This document shows, in pieces, positions 1-9,341 of a DNA stretch of 24,337 bases. This DNA comes from Prasinococcaceae sp. CCMP 1430 (taxonomy: Eukaryota; Plantae; Prasinodermophyta): contig RQSC01001079.1 of the NCBI GenBank assembly GCA_013416795.1, positions 274,189 through 298,525 on the forward strand, read 5' to 3'. Made by a program: the position numbers and the translations under genes. Every line of letters starts with the position of its first letter. The stretch's first letter is position 1. The notes beneath the pieces were generated by a model that searched no databases, was not told where the DNA came from, and saw only the letters and a program-made list of their open reading frames with translations.

Positions 1-1
1 G

Positions 2-605
2 GTGGCGGCCGCGGCGGGCGCCAAGGCGCCCGCCAAGCCGCGCGCGCGCGCGACCAAGGCCAAGGGCAAGGCCGACGCCGCCGGCGCGGGCAAGAAGGCC
101 AGCGGCGCCAAGAAGAAGGACGAGGCCGAGTGCGCCGAGGCGCTCTTCAGCCTCGCGGGCCTGCTGGACGTGGCCACCGCGCAGATGGAGGACGAGGACA
201 GGCGCGAGAAGGAGAAGGAGACCAAGAAGCGCAAGCGGCCCACCGCCGCCGACAAGAAGGCGGCCGCGCTGGCGGCGGGCGCCGACCCCGCCGCGAAGAA
301 GGGCGGCAAGAGGGGCAAGGCCGACGGCGAGGCGGGGCCCGTCAAGAAGGTGACGAGCGGCGCGCGCCCCAAGGCGGGCGACAAGGGCGACAGGAAGCTC
401 GCGGCCAAGGGCGGGGTCAGGAAGGAGAACGGCGCCAAGAAGGAGGCCAAGGCCAAGGGCACGAGCGGCACGCGGGCCCCCGGCGCGCGGTCGGCCGCCA
501 AGGGGGCCAAGGGCCGCGCTGGGCTCGCCGTACCTGCGCTTGGGTGGCCAGTTCCAGGCCATGTACGACCTGCGCATCCGCACGGTGGAGGTCGTCTCCA
601 CGTGA
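2..605 (+). CDS. 3' part of a Lys/Ala-rich, probably nuclear protein (5' end outside window); apparent frameshift near nt 512
   Basis: Frame 2 from nt 2 to 511 has strongly GC3-biased codons (AAG/GCC/GGC) with basic NLS-like runs (KKRKRP) and a helical EAECAEALFSLAGLL motif. From nt 513 the GC3-biased frame is one base over (AALGSPYLRLGGQFQAMYDLRIRTVEVVST, TGA 603-605). A possible intron GTGAGG...CACAG at 602-698 would extend it. No family recognised. Confidence 0.5.
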
Positions 606-952
606 GGCTCGCTCGCTTTCTCGCTCGCTTTCTCGCTCGCTCGCTCGCGCATGCGCGGGCCCTCGCCGTCGACGTAAGTCCTCGCACCGCCCGCACAGAT
701 GCGCCACGCGCCCGTGCGATGCAATTCCCCCTTCGTTTTGATTGCGCATCGCTGCGATGCACAGCTCATTCTTTTTTCAAAATCGTGGGACTCGAAACGC
801 CATCAAAATGAACGCCATGACTTTTTTCGACGCCGCCGGCGTCGGCGCCGTTTGCGCGCGCAGCGGCGTACCGCGCCACACCGCGCGCGCAGCGGCAGCC
901 GCGCGCGCTCGCTGGGCCCCTCGCGGCCGTCGCGAGGGCGCCAAGGATCACT

Positions 953-2666
953 ATGGGCTCTCCAGCGGCGGGAAGCCGCGCGCGGCGGGCGCGTGTGCTG
1001 CTCGCGTTGTCGAGCTTTGCGTTCGTCCAGGGGCTCACGCACTCGGGGCTTACTGCGGCGACGCTCTCCAGCATTACTCGGCGGTACGGCTTCAGCAATG
1101 TGCAGGCAGGCTTTCTGCTCGCCGGCTATGACTTTGCCGCGGCAGTTGCGGGCACCGTCATCGCGCTCGCCATAGCCGCGGCGCAGCGGAGGCGCCGCCC
1201 GCACGCAGACGCCCGGGGCATTCGCGACGAGGACGCAGGCACTCGCATGGCAGCGGAGGAAGAAAGCAGAGCCAACCGCGACCTGGGCGATAGCAATCCT
1301 TCGATCTCATTCGAGGACGGCGAGGGACCGCAAATGTCAGCTCCACGCGCGTTGCGTGCGCCCACTGGGCGCCGGCAGCGCTTCGCCTGGGTGCCAATGG
1401 AGGGCGGGCACAGCAATGCCAAGCGTGGGCCGATTGGCCGCACGCTGGCACCTTTGCGAACTTTGGCGGCTTCAATTGCCAACTCATGCTGCTGTTGGTG
1501 CTCTGGCTGCGTGATGTGCGCACGCGCCTTCTTTTCCAGCAAAGAGGCAGTGCTGACCGTGGGTCTAGCGCTCTTCGCTCTGGGGTCGTTTATGTATGGC
1601 GCCCCACAGCTCGCACACGGGACGTATGGGGTGCCAGAGCAGACTGTGCACACGTGTTCCCCTTCTGCGCAGCTCGGCCTTGCACCAGCACCGGCGCCGG
1701 CACCCGCGCCGACGCCAGTCGCAGTTGGAGTCAACGCGAGCGGCAATGCGACGAGCAACGGCGGCGACGTCAACGAAGAGCAATGCGACAACGTCATCAC
1801 AAGCGGCGGTGAGCTGTATGCGCTCTTCATGGTCGCGCAGATCATCCTTGGCATTGGTGCGTCGCCCCTCTTCACCGTCGGGCCGTCTTTCATCGATGAC
1901 GTATACGAGGGCAGTGCCTCCGTGAACACGGCCCTCGGGCTCTTTTTCGGCGCCTCCGCCCTCGGCCCCGCCGTCGGTTTTGTACTCGGGGGCATCACAC
2001 TCGCTACCTGGATCGATGGGGACAGCGCCCAGCCTCCTGGCATCCAGCAAGAATCACGCTTTTGGGTGGGCCAATGGTTCGTCGGCTTCTGGATTAGCGC
2101 GGTGGCCGGCGCGGCACTGCTTCTGCCCTTCGCGCTTGCTCTCTTTATAGGGCGACGGCGCGGGGCGCCTCAAGACAACACCGTAGCGCCGGAGGAGAAC
2201 GGCATTGAGTTGCCGCCGTCCTTATATTCGAGTGCTGCCACTGCAGACCCTGAATCATTGGAGGCGCTGGCACGCAACGGCGTCTCTGCGTCCGTGCACG
2301 TCAATGGTGCCGCCGAGCATGATCGCGAGGACGACGACGACGCCACAAGGGCGAACCCACTAGGACGTCAAACCAATGGCGATGAGCAAGATGCCGCACA
2401 CATAGATACAAACGGTGGCGACGAGGGCTCTGCTCGTGCCGGCGGTGGAGCGGAGCAGATCGATCGACGTGGACAGCAGCAGCCACAGAGCGACGATGGG
2501 TCGGGAGATCACGCGGGTGGCAGGCCCGGGCTCGTTTCAGGGACATTCATTGCGTTGATCGCCGCGCTCAGCTTTGAGGTGCTGGGGAAGAGTGCCATCG
2601 TCCCTTTCGTCCCTCTCGTCGTTCAGGAGACATTTGGTGTCTCGTCTTCATCTGCGAGCTACATGG
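953..2666 (+). CDS. Organic anion transporting polypeptide (OATP/SLCO family, MFS), N-terminal part; 3' exons not visible
   Basis: OATP-like motifs: TLSSITRRYGFSNVQAGFLLAGYD, AQIILGIGASPLFTVGPSFIDD, LGPAVGFVLGG, RFWVGQWFVGF, plus several hydrophobic TM segments. Coding character stops at a likely donor ATG G|GTCCGT (2667). An N at 2766 follows, and the ORF-track tail to 3235 is not transporter-like. Confidence 0.8.
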
Positions 2667-2765
2667 GTCCGTTTGTGTCGCTCGCCGTGTGCGATGAACG
2701 TATCGCCCATGCCGACTCATGCACACCCGCGCACGCCACGCCCGCGCTGCGAGACCTGTCGCTGA

Positions 2766-2766
2766 N
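2766..2766. other. Assembly gap (single N), probably hiding missing sequence
   Basis: The OATP C-terminal half is absent to the right of the N, and minus-strand splice signals to the right have no main ORF to the left. Confidence 0.7.
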
Positions 2767-3598
2767 CCACGCACGCCTTCGCGCGGCACCCCACTGCGCC
2801 CGGCGCCCCGCCGCGGGCCGCGCGCACCTTGATGGATCAGAAGATAGGCATCGCGGCGCGAGGGTGGGTGGTTCGAGGGGCCGGAAGGGAGGCGGGAGTG
2901 CACGCGGGGGTTGCCGCAGGCGAGCGCCCTGTGGCGCCCCAGCGCCGTGCACACGAGCGCGCGCGCGCGCGCGCGTGGCGCACTCGTGGCCGAGCACACG
3001 CGGCGTGCGAACGCCACGCGACGAGTGGATCGGGCGCGCCGGCTGGGTGCATCTTCATACAGAATACCCACGGGAGACTCATGCTCGAACGTCGCGCGTC
3101 ACTCGCACTCCACATGAAGCTGTTGTGCCAACGCCACCAACCCACCAACAACAAACAAGCAAGAAGAGATCACGCCGCGAAGGCCCATCGATCGATCGAC
3201 GAAGAGATCCAGCCCTCACAGTCACCAGCCAGTGAATAGTCAGGGAGGACGACCAGCCCGGATCGGAATCCTTTTTTTGAGAAGACAAAAAGGGGAAGAA
3301 AAAAAACAGCGGCGCGCGCGCCCGCGCCGCGGGTTTTCCCTCCGCGGCCGACCGGCCGCGGCCGAGCGCAACCGCGCGATTCCTCCACGGCACAGACAGA
3401 AAAGACACGAGCGTGCTGTGGTGCGGCATCGAGCGAGCGAGCGCAAACGACAACAACAAACCCTCGCGCTCTGCCCCCGCCCTCCCGCCCCCTTCCCGCA
3501 CCCGCTGACGGCGCGCGGCGCGCGCACGATTCGAACGGGCGCGCGCCAACCCACCAACCGTCCGAGCGACCGACCAACCAACCGACCAACCCCACCGG

Positions 3599-4361
3599 TC
3601 ATGTCTGTTGCATCCGCCACCCACTCAGCAACGCAGGCGCGCGCGGCTGGAGATGGGAATGCCGCGGCCAACGCCGGAATGGATGGATCGATCGAACGAC
3701 GGCGAGGGAGGCCCCCGGCCAGCCACAGCCTGGCCCTGGCTGGCTGTCTGGGCCGGGCGGCGTGCGCGCGCGCCGCGCGGCGGGCACACGCGGCGACGGG
3801 GGCCGTGCCGCGTTGCGGGGCCTTTCCCGCCTCGCTCGCGGCGCGCGGGGTGTGCCGGGGATTCTGGCGGGAGCGCGGGCCGAAATGCGTTCATGTCCGG
3901 GGGAATCCGCGGACGGCGCGCCAGCGGATTCGTGTTCGCGTCGGAGCCGATCGGCCCGCGCGCATCAAACCCCGACGCCGCACGCGCTCGCCCGGGAGAA
4001 TCACTTTAGGAAAGCATGGTGTGCGTGCGACTTACATGGACCCTTTTTATGAACCGTAACTACCCCGCGAGTCCGCGCGTTCCGCGGATGGCGACCACGG
4101 TGGGGTCGGTTTTGACCCGAGCGCTTCGCTCCGCTCTTCCGGGTCTCGACGCGACGGCTCCGGTGCTGCGCCGCGGAGTCCCGGGTCGCCGCGGGCCTTG
4201 CGTCTCCGCGCGCGTCGCCGGCCCGCCCGGCGGAACCGCGGAGAAGAACAACCGTGCCGGAGCAGCAACAGCGCGGCCGCGGCCGCGCGCATCTCTGCGC
4301 GGCAGCGCGATTTGCGGCGCGCGCGCGCGCGGCGCGCGGCGGCGCCACTCACGCGACCCAT
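3599..4361 (-). CDS. Candidate spliced upstream ORF, 26 aa: MGRLRFIKRVHPRAPALLSGWRMQQT
   Basis: Coding pieces 4361-4353 (ATGGGTCGC|GTGAGT), 4059-4036 (TAG|TTACGG...GTCCAT|GTAAGT) and 3646-3599 (ATCTCCAG|CCGCGC...ACATGA). Both introns are phase 0 with consensus donors. Confidence 0.55.
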
Positions 4362-4458
4362 CTACCCTGGATATGGCTCGCCCGCCCCGACACCCACCCC
4401 CGGGCGCGAAGCCGGTATCGAAACCAAGGCGCAAGCGGCCGACCAAGGGGCCGGGGAC

Positions 4459-4657
4459 GCGCGCGCGCGCGCGATCTGCCGCGCGCGCGCGCGCGCCCCT
4501 GCAGCATTTTCGCGCGCGCGCGCGCGCGCGCGCGTATGAATGAACGCGGCGCATGACGTATGTTCGCACGCATGCGAACGCGCGGGGCGCGCGTCGCGCC
4601 CGCGGGATCCGGATCCGCGCGCAGGGGGTTTCCGCGCGCGGGCGCGCGCGCGCGCGC
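4459..4657. repeat. Cluster of (CG)n alternating purine-pyrimidine tracts
   Basis: Several perfect CGCGCG runs, the longest about 12 units at 4511-4534, in an intergenic region. Confidence 0.85.
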
Positions 4658-4687
4658 GGCGGGCGGAGCCGGAACCCACGGAAACGA

Positions 4688-4700
4688 NNNNNNNNNNNNN
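4688..4700. other. Assembly gap (13 N)
   Basis: Run of N in the sequence. Confidence 0.95.
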
Positions 4701-5278
4701 CCAGCGCGATCTGCGCCGCGAGCCGCGGGGGTTGGGGGCGCTCGAGTCAGCACTCGCAAACGGCCGGCCAGCGCGCGTGCCCGCTCACACGCACTCAGGG
4801 GGGGATGCCACTCACGGTGGGGCCGCGGGCGCGGGATGGGAAAGGGAGCAGCGCGGTGTGGTGGAGGCACCGCCCCTGCGACCCCGCCCACCTCTCCGCG
4901 CACCCCCCGCAGGGCGTTCCCCCCTCCTTTGGCCCCATTTTCCCCCGACCGGTTCGCAGCACGCGCCCACCGCTTGGCGGTGCGCGATGCGACGGCGAGG
5001 TCGACGGGCGGCGCCGGCAAAGGGGTGTAGCTCCCCCCGCTCCCCTCCCCCCTCGCCCCCCCTCCTCCCATTCCCTGGCCCCCGTGCGCCCACCCCACTG
5101 CTCGCTTGAGGTAGCCTGCACGGCGCGTGCTTTCGCGAGGGCGCGCGCTTGCTCGCGCATGCACACGCCTGGTGCGGCGCAGGAGCACGCGCTCACGGCC
5201 GTTGCGGCAGCCGCTCCGCCCCAGCTGCCGCGCCTACTGCCGCTGACCGCATGCGTCGCACGTTTCCCGCGCTTGCAG

Positions 5279-6453
5279 ATGACTGCCAAGAAGGAGTTCA
5301 CCGTCGTGAAGCGCTGGACCGCCGCGGAGGAGGCCGCGCTGAAGGCGGGCATCCGCAAGTATGGCGCGGGCGCGTGGGTGCGAATCCGCGACGACAAGGT
5401 GCGCTCGCACACGCGCTCTCGCGCTCTTTCGCTCTCGCGCTCTTTCGCTCGCTCGCTCGCTCGCTGGCCTCTTCTTGCGCCCGTGCTCACCCGCCCCCGA
5501 CGCGGCGCCACCCGCAGGAGTTCGGCCATTTCCTGAGCCGCCGCACGGGCATGCAGCTCAAGGACAAGTGGCGCAACCTGCTCAAGTTCGGTCACATCAC
5601 GGAGGCCGAGGGCCGCCGCCCGGCGGGCGCGACGCCCTGCCCGAGCTGCGGCACGGTGGCGCTGCCGGGCGCCGACGGGCGCTGCGGCGCGTGCGGCGCG
5701 ATGTACGGCTCGACGAGCTCCAAGGGTGCCGACACCTTCCTGAGCGCCGCCGCGGTCGCCGCCGCAGCCGCGACTGTCGGAGTCGGCGCGCCGTTGCCCG
5801 CAACGCAACGCGCGGCCGCGGACGGTGGCAGCGCGGTGCCTGGCGCGGCGCCCAAGCGCAGGAGCGGCGGCAGCAGGGTGAACGCGGCCGCCGCACTGAG
5901 GGCGGGGGCGCTGCCGAGCGTGCCCGCGGTCAAGCCGCGCACCTTTGAGGCGGGCGCGAAGCTGATGGTGGAGGACCGCGTGCACTCGAATGTGTGGTGG
6001 CAGGGACAGGTGGTCAAGCAGGAGGGCTCGGATGTGTGGCTCACCTACCCGGGCTGGGACGCTGGCACGCAGGAGCGCGTGGACGCGAGCTCGAGCCGCC
6101 TGTGGAGCGTGCCCGCGTCGGGCAGGGGCGCCGGCAACAAGAAGGCCTGGCGTCACCTCGGCGGCGGGGCGTGGAGCGTTCGCAGCCGCGAGCGCGGAGA
6201 GCGGCGGCCGCCCGCCGAGGCCCTCGCCGGGCCCTCCCCGCCCGCGCACGGGCCTGGCGGTGCGCGCCTGGGTGCCGGCATGGACGGCCTGCGCCAGCGC
6301 TCCATGACGCCGGATTCTGGTGCGAACGAGGTGTCGGCGGCGGCCGCGGCGGTCGCGGCGCTCGCGGAGACGATCGCGCGCCCCGGCGCGCGCGCGCGCG
6401 CGGGCGACGCGCGCGAACCCGCCCGCCGATGCTCCCAATTCAAACCTGTCTGA
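5279..6453 (+). CDS. Telobox-type Myb (TRF/TRB-like) protein with CxxC-CxxC zinc ribbon and Tudor/MBT-like domain; 3' end uncertain
   Basis: Exon 5279-5398, intron 5399-5517 (GTGCGC...CCGCAG), exon from 5518. The spliced product gives KRWTAAEEAALKAGIRKYGAGAWVRIRDDKEFGHFLSRRTGMQLKDKWRNL (telobox LKDKWRN). It continues with CPSCG...CGACG and FEAGAKLMVED...WWQGQVVK...LTYPGWD...ERVD. A likely upstream intron 5111-5278 ends just before the ATG. Confidence 0.85.
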
Positions 6454-6549
6454 CCGCGTTGTCGACGCGGAAACGCATATGATTATAAATCTAAAATGAA
6501 TAACGCGGATGTGATTTGAGTGTGTATCTTACGGCGTAATGTACGGAAG

Positions 6550-7038
6550 GAATGGGACGAAAGGCGGCTTCGCGCGGGCCGCGAATCGGAGCTTGTCCGC
6601 AGGCGCGGGCGCCGCGGCGCCCGCCGCGACCCCCTGGCGGAGTGGTTCAGCACGCACCGGGAGCTGCTGCGGGGCGTTGTGGACGCGAGCGCGCCCCCGC
6701 GCGCGCAGGTGCCCTTCGGTGCCAAGCGCGCGTCGAGCGGCAGCACCGGTACGCCCAACGGCCACCTCGAATGGTGCACGCGCAGCGAGGCAGACACGGC
6801 CACGTGCGGCTCGCACGGCGACACTGAGATGACGACCGAGGAGCACGAGGAGGCCGTGTCTTACGCCGACGTGGCTGACCTCGTGCTCGCTGCGGGAGGC
6901 TCGATTCAGGCGGCTGCGCGCGCACACGGCTGCGCGGCGGCGGCGCTCGCGTCGCCCGCCACGCCGTGCCGGCCGGCGCGCCTCGCGGGTGTGCTCCCGG
7001 CGCCGCCGCTCGAGGCCTGCGGCGCGGACGCGTGGTAG
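6550..7038 (+). CDS. Probable terminal coding exon, possibly of the Myb gene (no ATG start of its own)
   Basis: GC3-rich frame DPLAEWFSTHRELLRGVVDA...VSYADVADLVLAAGG... ending TAG at 7036-7038. Candidate acceptors at 6520, 6549 and 6602; the matching donor is unresolved. Confidence 0.45.
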   Translation, partial: EWDERRLRAGRESELVRRRGRRGARRDPLAEWFSTHRELLRGVVDASAPPRAQVPFGAKRASSGSTGTPNGHLEWCTRSEADTATCGSHGDTEMTTEEHEEAVSYADVADLVLAAGGSIQAAARAHGCAAAALASPATPCRPARLAGVLPAPPLEACGADAW

Positions 7039-7435
7039 GCCGTGCTCCCGTCTGGGAGCGTGGGGCGGCCACACGACCATTGGCGACGACCGCCTCTGTC
7101 ACTCGTCGGGCCGGCCGTCGGGCGGCTTGCTTGCAGGACCGCCTCCTTCTCTGCTAGCCTCGTCTAGACGCCTGTACGAGCCGCAGGCACCCACTTCCCC
7201 CCCTCCACCCCGCCCTCGCCGTCCATTGGGCGAGTCGGTGAGCCTGCGGACTTGCTTCCGCCCATCTTCAGGGCCTCGCGGCCACGCCGCGTCGACCTCT
7301 GTGTATCGTATTTTCTGTACGCGCGTGTCGCCTCTCGAGGGCGACCATTTTTGTGTTTCTGGCCGTCTGTCATATCATCCTTTGACATGCTGCAGCGGAG
7401 TGGGAGCGTGAGCTCCCCCCGCACGAGCGAGACCT

Positions 7436-7440
7436 TGTAA
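7436..7440 (+). promoter_or_regulatory. Possible TGTAA polyadenylation signal
   Basis: TGTAA, the chlorophyte-type poly(A) signal, lies in the AT-richer interval between convergent genes. It is a single short motif. Confidence 0.3.
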
Positions 7441-7602
7441 ATTGATCCCTACTACCCTAGCTCGACCACCCTCGTCTTGGCGCTGGCCAGGCGCTCAGAT
7501 GCGTCGCAGCGCCCATGGAGGGAGTACGACTCAGGTTTTGTTATAGTATATACAGCTCCGGGGGCGCGATCACCCGCCCACCCACCAACCAACCGACCCA
7601 AC

Positions 7603-9255
7603 TCACTCCTCCTCATCGACGATGATCGTGGCGCCCTCGCGCACGCCTGCGAGCGCGATCTCGAGCGAGTCATCGTCAAGCGGGTCGGGCAGCGGCGCGC
7701 CGCGCTCGCGAACGAAGAGTCGCTGGCGCGCTGCGGGCACGCGCGTAAGGCGCTCGCACAGCAGGCGCAATTTGCCCACGGTCATCGAGCCGGGGAGCTT
7801 CTTCTGCTTGGGCTCGGCGCCCCCCGCCTTGGCCGCGCGCGCGGCCACGCAGTCGATGGTCACGTGGAGCATACTTTCGCCCAGCGAGCCGCCGGCGCCG
7901 CCCGCGCCGCTGCCGTCGCCCGACGCGGCCATCTGCGGCCCGTGCCAGGCGAGCAGCACGCGGTAACGATCGTTCTCGGCGGCGATCTCCTCGGGCGCCT
8001 TCCCGCTCGTGGCAGGGAGCTCGCGCAAGTAGCGCAGCTCGGCGTCGCGACGCTCGGTCGGGCGCACCTCAGAGCCGTTGAGGTGGCGCAGCGACGCCAT
8101 CCGCGCGATGACGCCGAGCCGTGCGTTGAGTGTGGAGACGGCGCTGCCGCTGCCGCCGAAGAGCGGGTTGCCGCTCAGCCGCAGCTCCTCGAGCGCGGGG
8201 AAACGTGCGAGCGCGTCGACGCTCTCCCACGCGTCGAGCTTGTTCCCCCCCAAGATGAGCGTCTTGAGCGCCGAAAACTCCACGTCCGCGCTGCCCGCAC
8301 CCGGGTATGACACCGCGGCAATCGCGTTGGCGGAGAGCTGAAGCCGCTCGAGCGCGGGCGCGCCCCCAACAACCGCCGCGAGCTGCGCCCAGTCGGCCAG
8401 TGCGTTGTCGTCGAGGTTCAGCAGCGTGAGGCAGCGGAAGGCGTCCGACGCGTCGGCAGCGCCACCGCCGTCGCTCTCGAGCGCTTTGATGCCATTGGCG
8501 CTCAGGTGGAGCTCTTTGAGCGCGGGAATGGCGCGCCCGAGGGCTACCGCGTCCGCCCAGCACAGAGCGCACGCATTGAGCGATAGCACCGACAGCTTTG
8601 CGAATGGGGCAAGTGCGTCAGCGTCGCCGACGGCACTGCCAAGGCGCGCGCGGTTCAGATGCAGCGCCCGCAGCTTGGGAAACTCCGCCACGAGCGCCGC
8701 GGCTGCACTCCAGTTGCAAAGCAGTGCGCCCGACACATCGATCTCCTCGAGTGCGGGAGCGAGCGCACCCGCCTCGCCCTTGGGTCCTGGCCCCGACACA
8801 GGCGCGCCCTCGAGGAACACGCGCGACAGGCAAGCGAGTTGCCCCTGCTCGGAGCGCAGCGCGCCTTCACCCACGAGCTCAACGCCGATGGTCGCGCCCG
8901 ACGTGGTCTGTACGCTCATTGCGGGGCCACCGGTCACATCGGCATCGAGCTCCTCCTCGGACGCGTACTTGTCGCGCAGCGCCTGCGAGAACGTTCGCGG
9001 CGGCTGCAGCTTCCTCGCTCGCACGAAGCTCGCGCAGTGCTCGGCGCCCTCCCTCGCGCCGTCCACCTCGAAGTAGCGCACACCCTCATGCTCGCCGCCA
9101 TGCTTCCCGCGTGCGGCGTCGTCCCACTCGACGCCCAGCCACTCGCCCTCGGTGCCCGCGACGGCGCCCGCGAAGCGCACCGTCGCGCGCGCGCCGTCGA
9201 GCCCGGCCACGCGATCGCCCACCGCGAACGAAGCCTCGGCCGCGCCCGGCGCCAT
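7603..9255 (-). CDS. TBCE: Tubulin-specific chaperone E (CAP-Gly, LRRs, C-terminal ubiquitin-like), 550 aa, intronless
   Basis: CAP-Gly ATVRFAGAV...WLGVEWDDAARGKHGGEHEGVRYF, multiple LRRs (LKELHLSANGI, LEELRLSGNP), RRDAELRYL, and UBL KKLPGSMTVGKLRLLCERL. The start is taken at MAPGAA (9255) rather than the ORF-track start at 9705. Confidence 0.95.
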   Translation of the reverse strand: MAPGAAEASFAVGDRVAGLDGARATVRFAGAVAGTEGEWLGVEWDDAARGKHGGEHEGVRYFEVDGAREGAEHCASFVRARKLQPPRTFSQALRDKYASEEELDADVTGGPAMSVQTTSGATIGVELVGEGALRSEQGQLACLSRVFLEGAPVSGPGPKGEAGALAPALEEIDVSGALLCNWSAAAALVAEFPKLRALHLNRARLGSAVGDADALAPFAKLSVLSLNACALCWADAVALGRAIPALKELHLSANGIKALESDGGGAADASDAFRCLTLLNLDDNALADWAQLAAVVGGAPALERLQLSANAIAAVSYPGAGSADVEFSALKTLILGGNKLDAWESVDALARFPALEELRLSGNPLFGGSGSAVSTLNARLGVIARMASLRHLNGSEVRPTERRDAELRYLRELPATSGKAPEEIAAENDRYRVLLAWHGPQMAASGDGSGAGGAGGSLGESMLHVTIDCVAARAAKAGGAEPKQKKLPGSMTVGKLRLLCERLTRVPAARQRLFVRERGAPLPDPLDDDSLEIALAGVREGATIIVDEEE

Positions 9256-9341
9256 GCGTCGCCAGGCCAAGACCAAAAGGCGCAACCCTCCGCCTCGACA
9301 CCTATCACGCCGAACGCCGCCTCTGTCGCTGAGCAGGCCCA

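Noticed and set aside
608-647. (CTCG)n and similar tetranucleotide runs (also ~5443-5465, 3547-3595, 17148-17169)
   Set aside because: Ordinary intronic or UTR microsatellites with no spacer structure; not CRISPR-like.
2837-3082. Third short ORF (…FCM…W…MPIF) as a homologue of the AtHB1 conserved uORF
   Set aside because: Only scattered residues agree with my recollection of that peptide and the spacing differs; likely coincidence.
3099-3119. LHVECE-TGA as a possible CxU selenoprotein motif (minus strand)
   Set aside because: No similarity to known selenoprotein families downstream and no SECIS identifiable.
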